Positions 1 through 12,100 of a stretch of DNA of 64,000 nucleotides are shown here, piece after piece. The DNA lies in contig NC_068993.1 in NCBI RefSeq assembly GCF_001194135.2, forward strand, positions 55,477,165 through 55,541,164, given 5' to 3'. Origin of the DNA: Octopus bimaculoides. Its lineage: Eukaryota. The first letter of the stretch is position 1; the number at the start of each line of letters is the position of its first letter. Position numbers and translations under genes: made by a program. The notes beneath the pieces were generated by a model that made no database searches, was not told the origin of the DNA, and was given only the letters and a program-made list of their open reading frames with translations.

Positions 1-143
1 ATTCTATACCAGTCATACACAAAGGCCAATTAACTTCACACAACCCCTTATCATCATCATCATGAAAATGATGATGATTTTGATCATTTCCCACGATTAT
101 GATGATGATATATACATAGATACATACATATATGTGTGTATTC

Positions 144-183
<40 letters not shown>

Positions 184-610
184 ATATATATCTGAAAAAA
201 AGGGATTAAAAAATTCAGGCAAATGTCAATAAAACACTCAGTTTTAAATGAATTTGCTTAACTAAATCAAATATATATTATTGGATATATTAATTAATTT
301 AAATATGTTCTGCATCTAAATATGTTGATTCAACAGAAATGACCATTGGCTTTGTATGGTGAATTCAACAATTAAAGATGTGATTTTCTCTATCCATATC
401 GTTATTATATATATATGTATCATGTAACCTCGTGGGCATCGGTACCATTTTCCTCTTTCTCCGTTCTTCCATTCTCCGAACTTTCCATCTTTCCGACGAA
501 GGGCTACGCCCGATACGTCATACACACACTCTCTCTTTCCTTTCCTGAGCGTCCAATAATACTATCCATATCACGTCCTCACTTTGTTGTTTTTTTGTTA
601 TTGTTTTTTT

Positions 611-613
<3 letters not shown>

Positions 614-684
<71 letters not shown>
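614..684. repeat. (TA)n microsatellite, representative of many (TA)n, (CA)n, (CAT/CAC)n, (TAA)n, (GAA)n tracts
   Basis: Direct reading; many N gaps are bordered by such tracts. Confidence 0.95.
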
Positions 685-694
<10 letters not shown>

Positions 695-3600
695 GACACT
701 CACACTGTTTGACCAAGTTGATTTGATACTCTGTTACAAAGGTCATCAGGTACAATGTGTTCTGTACTCCCTCACATTTACTAACCGAGAACAGGCACAA
801 GATCTCACATTTTGGCAATGGGGACCAGAGTTAATTAAATCATCCCCCACCACCCACACCCAGTATTTCACTGAAGTTTTATCATATCAATCAGTAAAAT
901 TGACCTCAGTAAGATTTGAACTCGAACATTATCAACTGCTAAAAGTTATATTGCTTATCATCAAAATGCCATGAATTCTACAACTTCGACTACCCTTAAG
1001 GTATTTTTGTCCATCCATTTCTCCATTGATCGCAATGTCTCAACACTACTGATTTCTATCAATCTACCCACCCCCCTCAGGGTATTCTATTCACCCTTCT
1101 TCTTCGTCTGCCACTCCACCACCTGAATATCAACAACATATTGATAAGAGATTTTTACATAATGACTTCTTGCAAATAACAACAAATACAAAAATAACTT
1201 CCAACAAAATATTCTAAATGAATGGCGATCTCTTTTAATTAGTTTCATCAAATCTCAATTAAAATTATTCTAACCTCATTATCTATTCTAACCTCATTAA
1301 CTGATCGATGCGTTTAGTAAGAGACTTACAGAGAAATTTCCTCAAAAGCTAAATTAACATTTGTATTCCTGTTTCTTCCTTTTTCTTTTTCTTTTTTTCC
1401 ATCTTTGTTCAAATCTTCATTCTACTGGAAAGCCACTTTGGTTTAGGTTCAATCTTCTCAAGAAACACCACAAACTGACAGCTGCAATTCAGGCAACAGT
1501 CGTTTTGTCTTTTGTTGTTTTTTTTTTCATATACAGTATTAAAAAATCAATATTGTGAGAAACATATTTAAAACCTATTATTGTTGTTGTTGATTCTGTT
1601 AGATTTTATTTTTATTTTTCTTGCTCTTACAGCACAACTTGAGCACAGCTGTGTATATTGAACATGCACAATGTTTTTGTTGTTACCTTTTAGTTGTATT
1701 CAAAGCACTTTACGTAATCTGTGTGCAATTCCAAGCACTGTATAATAGTGTATGCGCATATGTCCCACAATTTTAGTTATGTAATGTATGTGATGTACCT
1801 GTATATTATTTTCTGCAAATTATGTATGTATGTATGTGTCTCTTCTATTTTTTAATTATTATAAATCTTCCACTGAGGAGGGAGCCAGTTTCCAACAAAG
1901 ATTCAAGGTTCCATCTTTGGGATGTAGTTAACACAGACGAATTCACATTTGGAACTTGAGAAAAGTTTTGCATATTTTTACTGTTCCACTCACAGATTGC
2001 ACTTGTAATCTGTGTGTGTGCGTGCAGCTAGTTTGCATTACTAGTTTCAATCTGTATTAGTGTGCTGTGTAGGAGGAGGATAAAAAGAGAGAAAATGAGA
2101 ACTTGAGAGAGAGAGAGAGAGTGTGTGAGAGAGAGAGTGTGTGTGTGTGTGAGAGAGAGAGAGAAAGATATCTTGGCTGCTTCTTTGCATCTTTGTTTAT
2201 TTTCTCCATCTTCTTTTTCTTCATTACAATCTTAGCATCATCATCATCGTCACCATTACAACTATCGTCAGAATTATCCTCCGCCCCCAACCCCACCTAA
2301 TCTATTAATATCATCATCATCATTACAATCATCATCACCACCACCCTCATCATCATCATCATCATCACCACCACAACAACATAAAACAAAACCAAAGATC
2401 CAAAAATCCACCAAACTGTCACAGATATCAGATATAAACACTATTGATTTATAAATTATTGATGTTGTTGTTGTTGTTGTTATATTGTCTTAGAGGAGGT
2501 AAAAAAAAAGAACATTTCTTGCTTCAAAAAAAAGTCTAAAGAAATAAGATGAGAGTTGTTAATTCTCAATGTTCTGATGTTGTTGTTGTTGTTGTTGTTG
2601 CTGTTGTTGTTGTTGTTGTTGTTGGATTCTAATTTTCCTCCCCAGGGAAGATCTGAGAATGCAAGGTTGGCTTACATACTGCTAATTATCTCAATGAAAT
2701 AAATATAAATAAATGAATATATTATAATAAATAGATGAATATAATTAATCAATGAAGAAGAAGAAGAAGAAGAAGAAGAAGAAGAAGAAGAGGGAGGAGG
2801 AAGGAGGGGTGGAGAGGGGAAGGAGGGAAGTTGGAGAGGAAGGGGGGAGGAGAGGGAAGGAGGAGGCCAAGGACAACTACGACGAGGNNNNNNNNNNNNN
2901 NNNNNNNNNNNNNNNNNNNNNNNNNNNNNNNNNNNNNNNNNNNNNNNNNNNNNNNNNNNNNNNNNNNNNNNNNNNNNNNNNNNNNNNNNNNNNNNNNNNN
3001 NNNNNNNNNNNNNNNNNNNNNNNNNNNNNNNNNNNNNNNNNNNNNNNNNNNNNNNNNNNNNNNNNNNNNNNNNNNNNNNNNNNNNNNNNNNNNNNNNNNN
3101 NNNNNNNNNNNNNNNNNNNNNNNNNNNNNNNNNNNNNNNNNNNNNNNNNNNNNNNNNNNNNNNNNNNNNNNNNNNNNNNNNNNNNNNNNNNNNNNNNNNN
3201 NNNNNNNNNNNNNNNNNNNNNNNNNNNNNNNNNNNNNNNNNNNNNNNNNNNNNNNNNNNNNNNNNNNNNNNNNNNNNNTATATATGTATATACATATATA
3301 TATATATTGATAGTGAATCTTATTATTTGGCGGGAAGTAGTTTATTGATAAACTGGACAGTGGTCTAACTGAACAGGGCACAAACCTAATTAAGTTTTAC
3401 AGTAACCTAATTAAAGATGATATTGACCTAATTAAGCAGGAAAAATGGCCTCATTACACATGTGAGCAACTCAATTCAACTGAAACAGTACCCTAATGAA
3501 ACCAAACAGTCGTCTCATAAACAAAATATTAATAACAACATTAAGTATGCAGATTAAAACAAAAAAAAAATTGAAACAAACAATTAACAAACTTTAATTA

Positions 3601-3780
3601 ATAAAAAACACTAATTTTTGTTCGTCCTTTCTTTCTTTTCAATCTTGGTAGAAAATGAAGTAATTTCCTTCGTAAAATATATAATTATTACATTCCGAAA
3701 CATGTTATTGTTGTTGCTGTGATTGTTGTCAATGTTGTTGTTTAAAATCCAGGTCAGCCCTGCCCACCCAAGCAGAGTTT

Positions 3781-3990
3781 GAGGTGTGTCTTATATTCAG
3801 AGGAGGTGTTTCTTATACTCAGGAAAGGTGTGTGCCTTCCATTCAGCTGAGGTGTGCCTTTTTGCTATTCGCAGATGCTTCTTTGACTGTGTAAAGGTGT
3901 GTCCTTTGTTCAACGGATGGAGTTTTCTTTCTTCATGGACGGAGTTTACTTTCTTCATGGACGGAGTTTTCTTTCTTCCTGGACGGAGTC
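3781..3990. repeat. ~22-bp-period diverged minisatellite
   Basis: gaggtgtgtcttatattcagag-type units grading into ggacggagttttctttcttcat x3. Confidence 0.7.
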
Positions 3991-4722
3991 TTTTAATCTG
4001 TGGAGGTAGTCTTGTACTGAGCAATAGAGTGTATTTTCACTCAGTGAACGCAGCCACTTCAGTTAAGACTGCGATGAGTGATCAGTATCCTTGCAACCGA
4101 CAATATTCTGAGCCTCAGCAGGATTACAGAGTTGGGTGGCAAGGGAAACAGTCAGGATTTTGGTGAGAATGTCTCGCTGAAACAGAGAAAACAAAAGTTG
4201 TTCGATTACATCATGAGATATAGACGACACCATAATGCCATGTGGGACATAAGGTGTCATGAGATAGACTGTATGTCACCTTGGGCAAGTGTTTTTTTTA
4301 CTATAGCCCCAGAGCAACCAAAGCCTTCTGAGTGGATTTGGTAGGTGGAAACTGAAAGAAGCCCAGTGTACATAGATATTTTATCTTTTATCTTTTACTT
4401 GTTTCAGTTGTTAATCTGTAGCCATGCTGGAGCACTGCATTGAAGGGTTTTAGCCGAACCAATTGACCCTAGTAACATTTTTTTAAGCCTGGTACTTGTT
4501 CTATTGGTCTCTTTGGTAAACCACTAAGTCTACTAAATCCACTCACAAGGCTTTGGTTGGCTTGAGGCCATAGTTGAAGACACTTGACAAGGTGCCACAC
4601 AGTGAGCCTGAACCCAGGATCATGTGGTAGGAAAGCAAGCTTCTTACAACACAACCATGCCTGTACATGTATATAAGTATGCATGAGTCTGTGTGTGTGT
4701 GTGTGTTGTGTATGCGCCTTAC

Positions 4723-4806
4723 CTGTTCGCTAATCGGAGGAGGTAAAGGCATGTTCCCCAACTGCAGCACTGTCACATTCCCTCCGCTGTCACCGACCAA
4801 CAGACA
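4723..4806 (-). CDS. DNAI4: DNAI4 penultimate exon ([28 protein letters not shown])
   Basis: atttgcag/gtaagg, phase 0-0; no stop reached, so a further exon lies below 4723. Confidence 0.92.
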
Positions 4807-7800
4807 CTGCAAATAAAAATACAAGGACCAGCATTGTAACACATCATTACACACACTTATAATCACTACTACATCTACAAATGCTATCACCACCATCATC
4901 CTCCCCACCACCACCACCACCGCCAACATCACCACCACCGCCACCACCACCACCACCAGCATCACCCTCACCACACCAACATCATACCCACCACCATCAT
5001 CATCACCACCACCACCATCATGCCCACCACTACAATCAACATAATCACTACCACCACCACCACTACAATCAACATAATCACTACCACCACCACCACCACT
5101 ACTACTAAAGTAACAAAAAATCATGACATACCTCTGAATTTTTGGCAAAAGACACACAGGTAGGTGCTATAGGTGTATTGGTGCAGGAGAGAGGAGAGTA
5201 ATGAATGATGGGATCCAATCTGTGAAAATAAATAAGAACTTCATATATACAGGTGCAGGCATGGCTTAACAGAAATAAGTACTAAAATTCTTCAAGGTGG
5301 TGCCCCAGCATGGCCACAGTCTAATGACTGAAAGGATAAAAAGTAAAAGATAACAATAGACATAAATAAATTCCGGCAGCACCTAACACTATATTAATCT
5401 CAAATTTTTGCACAAAGTCAGCAATTTCAGGTGTCGGAGATAGTCAACCCCAGTACTCAACTGGTACTTATTTTATCAACCCCAAAACCATGAAAGGCAA
5501 AGTTGACCTCGGCGGAATTTGAACTCAGAACAAAATACCACTAAGCATTTCACCCGGTGTGCTAACGTTTCTTATTTCTTTATTGCCCACAAGGGGATAA
5601 ACAAAGAGGGAACAAACAAGGACAAAGGGATTAAGTTGATTACATCGACCCCAGTGCATAACTGGTACTTATTTAATCGATCCCGAAAGGATGAAAGGCT
5701 AAGTTGACCTCGGCAGAATTTGAGCTCAGAACATAGTGGCAAATGAAATACCGCTAAGCATTTCGCCCGGCGTGCTAACGTTTCTGCCAACTCGCTGCCT
5801 TATTGCAAAATAATATTAAAACAACTTACATATCCTGACTCAAGTCCCAAACTTCAACTTCATCATGGTTAACACAGGCAAAAACTGTTGATGATGTTGG
5901 AGACCATGCCACCGAATACACTGTTTTCTGTAATGTATAAAATAATGCATATTTTCTGTAATAATATAGTAACATTAATATGAGAGTGTGTACATGTATG
6001 AGTGTGTATATTTATGTTGCAAGTTACTTGGTTACCCTACCAGTGCTGGCAAAAAGCATCCAGTCCACACTGTAAAGTGGTTGGCATTTGGAAGGGCATC
6101 CAGCTGTAAAAATCATGCCAAAACTGACCTCGCCTGTGCTAATGCGACATAAAAAGCACTGAGTCCACTCTGCGGAGTGGTTGGTGTTAGGAAGGGCATC
6201 CAGCCATAAAAACCCTGCCAAAACAAACTCAGTAGCCTGGGGTAGTCTTCTACCTGGTCAGCTCCTGTCAACTGTCCTACCCATGCATGCATGGAAGATG
6301 GATGTTAAACGATGATGATGACGACGATGATCCTTATATACTTTACTCAAGTGAACGGATGTGGCTGAATGGTTAGGGCATTCAGCTCACTATTTTAAGG
6401 TCATGAGTTCGATTCCCGGCAGTGCATTGTGTCCTTGAGCAAGACACTTTATTTCACATTGCTCCACTCCACTCAGCTGGCAAAAATGAGTAGGACCTGT
6501 AATTCAAAGGGCCGGCCTTGTCACATTCTGTGTCATGCTGGATCTCCCGGAGAACTACATTAAGGGTATGCATGTCTGTGGAGTACTCAGCCACTTGCAC
6601 GTTTAATTTCACAAGCAAGCTGTTCCATTGATCAGATCAACTGAAACCCTTGTCATCATAACCAATGAAGTGACAATCATTTATATACACAGGGTGTTTG
6701 AACTAAATTTGACAGTTTATATAAAAAAGGAAAAGGAAACACAACATCCCGTTCAAAAAAAGAAAAGAATTTAATAAAATCAAAAACAACCAAAAAGACA
6801 TGGCTGGGAGATAAGAGTTTGCTCAAAGAAGATACTCTCAGCTTCCACTACAGCCTCAAGACAGCTCCAGAACCAGGCACATGCATTCCTCACTGTATCC
6901 TTGGGAAGGTCCGGAAACACCTCCTTAATCTTGGCCACCAGCTCAGCCTTGATGTTTCAGGCAGAGCATTTGGTGTCTTTCTTAACTGCATCTCACAAGG
7001 ATGAAAGGAAAAGCTGGTATCAGTGGGATGTGAACTTAGATCATAAAAAGCCAAATGAAATGTCACTAAGCATTTTATCTGACATGCTGTCAAGTTTGCA
7101 ATTCAGCCACCTAAAGGAAAAAGAAAAATAATAAAAGAAAGATAAGACAGAAAAGAAGTTTAAAAAAAAGTGAAGAGATAGGCATGTTTACCAAACGAAT
7201 GACTGTTTTCTCACTAGAAGTCTGTAGGTGTACTCTGCCTGGCCGTTCAGGTTTTGATTCCACAGCCTGAAATATGGAGAATTTGGTAATGGTCAGAAAT
7301 ATACCTAAGAATAAATGAAGAAAGTCTTTATAATGTGAAAGAGAAATTGAATAAATGCATCTCGAGATACAGATGTTGTTGTCTATCAGGAATTGGAAGA
7401 TATTTTCTCCAATTGACCATTTATAATTGAATTATTAATTAATATCATTTCCAGTTGCCACAGCATCCACAGATGAAAATAAAATATGAAACTGTAAAGA
7501 CTTACAATGGAAGAAAAGAACTTGAGAATTGGTACCAATCTGTTTTGGTGCCACAGTTTTACTGTCCAATCTCCTCCACCACTGAGAAATACATCTGACA
7601 GGAATGGAGACCATTTAATGCTATAAACTGGAGCCTGGAATAGAATATTGGAGAAGAAAAAGTATTGAGAGAGAGATGTGTGAGTGTAAGTGTTTATCAT
7701 ACACCTACACACTCTCACACACACACACGCTTACACACACACATCATCATCATCATTTACCATCTGTAGTCCATGCTGGCATGGGTTGGACGGTTTGACC

Positions 7801-8031
7801 AGGGTTAATAAGCTGAGGGGCGGCACCAGACTCCAGTCTGATTTGGCATAGTTTCTACAGCTGGATGCCCTTCCTAATGCTAACCACTCAGAGAGTGTAG
7901 TGGGTACTTTTACGTGCCACCAACACAGGTACCAGTTGTGTGACACCAGTATCTGCCACAAATACAATTCCATTTGGCTTAATGGATCTTCTTGTCAAGC
8001 ACAGCATATTGCTGAAGGTCTCAGCCATTTG

Positions 8032-8063
<32 letters not shown>

Positions 8064-9074
8064 CGTGAGAGAGTTAGGGGTTGGGGATTCAACCCACTAA
8101 GGGATAGTATCTATCCAGTATACTGCTGGGAGGGTACCCAATTATTGCTACACTAGTGCTATACTAANNNNNNNNNNNNNNNNNNNNNNNNNNNNNNNNN
8201 NNNNNNNNNNNNNNNNNNNNNNNNNNNNNNNNNNNNNNNNNNNNNNNNNNNNNNNNNNNNNNNNNNNNNNNNNNNNNNNNNNNNNNNNNNNNNNNNNNNN
8301 NNNNNNNNNNNNNNNNNNNNNNNNNNNNNNNNNNNNNNNNNNNNNNNNNNNNNNNNNNNNNNNNNNNNNNNNNNNNNNNNNNNNNNNNNNNNNNNNNNNN
8401 NNNNNNNNNNNNNNNNNNNNNNNNNNNNNNNNNNNNNNNNNNNNNNNNNNNNNNNNNNNNNNNNNNNNNNNNNNNNNNNNNNNNNNNNNNNNNNNNNNNN
8501 NNNNNNNNNNNNNNNNNNNNNNNNNNNNNNNNNNNNNNNNNNNNNNNNNNNNNNNNNNNNNNNNNNNNNNNNNNNNNNNNNNNNNNNNNNNNNNNNNNNN
8601 NNNNNNNNNNNNNNNNNNNNNNNNNNNNNNNNNNNNNNNNNNNNNNNNNNNNNNNNNNNNNNNNNNNNNNNNNNNNNNNNNNNNNNNNNNNNNNNNNNNN
8701 NNNNNNNNNNNNNNNNNNNNNNNNNNNNNNNNNAGCAGGAAAAAAAAATAATAATAATAATAAAGAATACATAAATGAAAAATGAAGGTATAGCATGTGG
8801 GACATGCAAAAATATAAAAAAGATATATGTCAAAAAACCCTTAAAAATACAAGGCACACAAAGAGCCTACAAACATTATAAATAGATAGCTATAGACACT
8901 CCAATGCATATATATATAAACCAGGTTGGCAAAATAACATAGTCTGCCACAGACACCTGTGCTTTAGTTCTTTCTTTTTTTGTCACTTTTGCTATGAATT
9001 AAATTAGTGAATTCAACGGGATACACCGGCTGCAAGTAGTTGGGTTCAGCATATTATCCTCCATTTTCTAATTG

Positions 9075-9117
<43 letters not shown>

Positions 9118-12100
9118 ACACCAACAACTCCAAACTCACCATAACATTTAACCAACCTAGTTTACAAAGATCTCTTAAATCTATGGACTTGAAGCAACCA
9201 TTCTTCATACAAACAACAGTGTCCTCAACTTACTGTGTGAGCATTGTAGGTGTCCAGATATTGTTCATTGTAGGAGAGAGAACATTTATGAATATGGCCA
9301 TCTTCTGTACCAACCATGTAACTGGAAAGAAAAAAAGACACACTATAATATTGGTTTCAAATTTTAGCAGAAGGCCACCAAATTCAAGGGAAGGGATAAG
9401 ATAAGCTGGTTGCACTCAGAACATAAAAACAGACAAAATGCTGCTAAGCATTTTGCCTGACTCGCTCATAACTCTTCCATGTTGCCACCTTGGGCTAAAC
9501 TATAACAACAGTAGTTTCAAATTTTGGCACAAGGCCAGCAATTTTAGGGGAAGTGGTTTGGTTAATTACATCATCCCCAGTACTTGACCTGTTCTTTATC
9601 TTATCAACTCTGAAAGGATGAAAGACAAAGTCGACTTCAATGGAATTTGAAGTCAGGAACATAAAAAGCAAGAAGAAATGCTGCTAAGCATTTTCTGTAA
9701 CACAGAAAGGTGTGGATAATGTATTCGTTTATTCTATTACTTCTTTCAGTCGTTTGACAGCAGCCATGCTGGAGCACTGCCTTAAAGGGTGTAGTGGAAA
9801 TATATAGTCAGTACAAGGTGTTGATGTGGTTGTGTGTATGTTCTTACATGAGTTCATAGGGAGATGAAAGAATAAATTTAAGATCTATATATTTACTCTA
9901 TAAAAATATATTTTATTTACTGGTCAATGATGATGCATAGAATCAAATCATAGAATCTAGTTGAATGAAGTAATCTATGCAAGGAAGTTCAGAGATAGGA
10001 AATGCAGAAATAACAGCTAAGTGGTGGTTTTCAGTCATGTGGTGTAGAGAAATAGACGGACATAGCAATGACGTGAATGGCTCTGAGTCTAATCAACTAT
10101 TAAGCGAAAAGCTGGGTTAGCAACCTGTTTTTATTGGAAATTTCCAAGAGAAACGCTAAGCTTCTTGAATAATTAAGAATCACGTCTCATGACATAGGTG
10201 CTGCGAGGAACTTTGAGAAGGGAGGTTACTCTATGATCTTTCTTGCAAGGGAGATCATTCAACTATTTAGCTACCTACACCACTACAAGGGCTTCAGTTG
10301 GAGAAATCGACCCTGGGACTTATTTTTTGTTAGCCTAGTACATACGCTATCAGTCACTTTTGCAGAACTGCTAAGTTACAGGGACATCAACACACCAACA
10401 TCAGTTGTCAAGCAATGGTGAGGGGACACACACACACACACATACACAGATACACACACACACATATATATATCTATATATATATATATGACAGGCTTCT
10501 TTCAGTTTCCATCTACCAAATCAACTCACAGGGCTTTGGTTGGCCTGAGGCTATAGTAGAAGTGGGACTGAACCTAGAACCATGTGGTTGGGAAACAAAC
10601 TTCTTACCACACAGTCACACCTGCACCTATTGTAGTGACCCTTTTAAATAGAAGACTTACATATTTGGGATGCCAGGTTCGAAACTAATACAAGTTCCAC
10701 AGGCATATCTTGATATATATGTTTCCACTCTCCTCTCCCGTAACTTTGGACCAACTTTGGCTGAACGGCCAATACGGCGTAGATGCATCATGTCTGAAAA
10801 AGGGAAAAAAGGAGAAAGAGTAACAGAACAATCTCTTAGAATAAAACAATCAAATCGAATGTTAATGGCATGGCTTGAGTGGGTGTCCCTGGGGCAGCAC
10901 TTGAGTTTACAGCCCTTTATTTCAGTGCAGCTTATATGTGCTTTTACAGTAGACCCAAAAGTGTTGCACCAGTGAAAATGTCTCCTGGGGTAGACTGTGC
11001 CACCTTGCCCCCCACCCCTGACTCCCCAGTTATGCTACTGTTGTATGTTGTTGTTATCAATGTTGAGGAAGCAAATCAAAGATGAAAAATGTCCTAGCTA
11101 CGACCATCCCATTATTTTGCACAACTAAGACTCATTGTCCAATGTGTCCTTCCTTTCTTTTCAAACAGGATGTTTTCACAGAAATTTAGTTGTTATTTCC
11201 AGTATGTTAAGCCACCACATAGAAATTCTCATTGGTTGCAAGATTGTTATTATTTCACTACTATTTCATCATCATCATCACCATCATTAACATCTGTTTT
11301 CCATGCTGGCATAGGCTGGTTGGTTTGACAATAGCTGGCAATCCAGAGAACTGCCCAAGCTCCAACTGTCTGTTTTGGCATGGTTTCTATGGCTGGATGC
11401 CCTTCCTAATGCCAGCCACTATCTTAACATATTTTCAATCATCTGTCAAAATTTTAAAGTAATATTCAGAAATTTAAGTACTCTGGGACTTAATGGGTTA
11501 ATTTTCATATTTTCTCCTGTTCCACTACAAACCAAAAATTATTCTTAACAATTATTCTGTTATTGCTCCAAGAAATTTGCATGATTTCTTCTTTCTCACC
11601 CCCTCTAATAAAAGAATATCAAACACACCCACCAGTACATTCAAATCCTTTGAGGATTGCCCAAGAGCTGATCCGACCATCTTTGGATATAGAGATGAGA
11701 TATTCCACTTTCTCAGACATCTCTGATCCTGAATCTCGTTCAATCCACTTCACTTCAGACACAGCTGCTGTGTGTCTGTGAGATGACAGGCTGAAAATAA
11801 CAAACATTTTCTATTAAATAGTTGTTAATACCAAAAAAACAACACAGCACCCATGACTTTCAGAAACAAGAGCCAAGGTGTGTTCTCTTTGTGTTGTTGT
11901 AAAGCACAAAATAAAGTTGTTCTTGCCTTGAGTTGCAATCGGCAATAATCCCTCCTAGCATCAGATCACAGGAAAACTAGCCAGACCTCACATTTGTAAC
12001 CATGTGTAAGATCTCCCAACCACTGGCCAACAGACCTACTCTACAACTGCTCCCTACACATATCTGGATCTCGTTGCAGACCCCATAAGAAAGAGGCCAT

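Noticed and set aside
3300-3700. Assignment of the DNAI4 terminal exon (candidates EITSFSTKIEKKERTNKN* near 3610-3670, TTVQFINKLLPAK* or LDHCPVYQ* near 3325-3370)
   Set aside because: No candidate is distinguishable without transcripts, and the exon could lie in the 2888-3279 gap
4881-5108. His/Pro-rich ORF and similar poly-IY, poly-VC, poly-N and poly-S ORFs
   Set aside because: Translations of (CAC/CAT)n, (TA)n, (TG)n and (TAA)n microsatellites in introns
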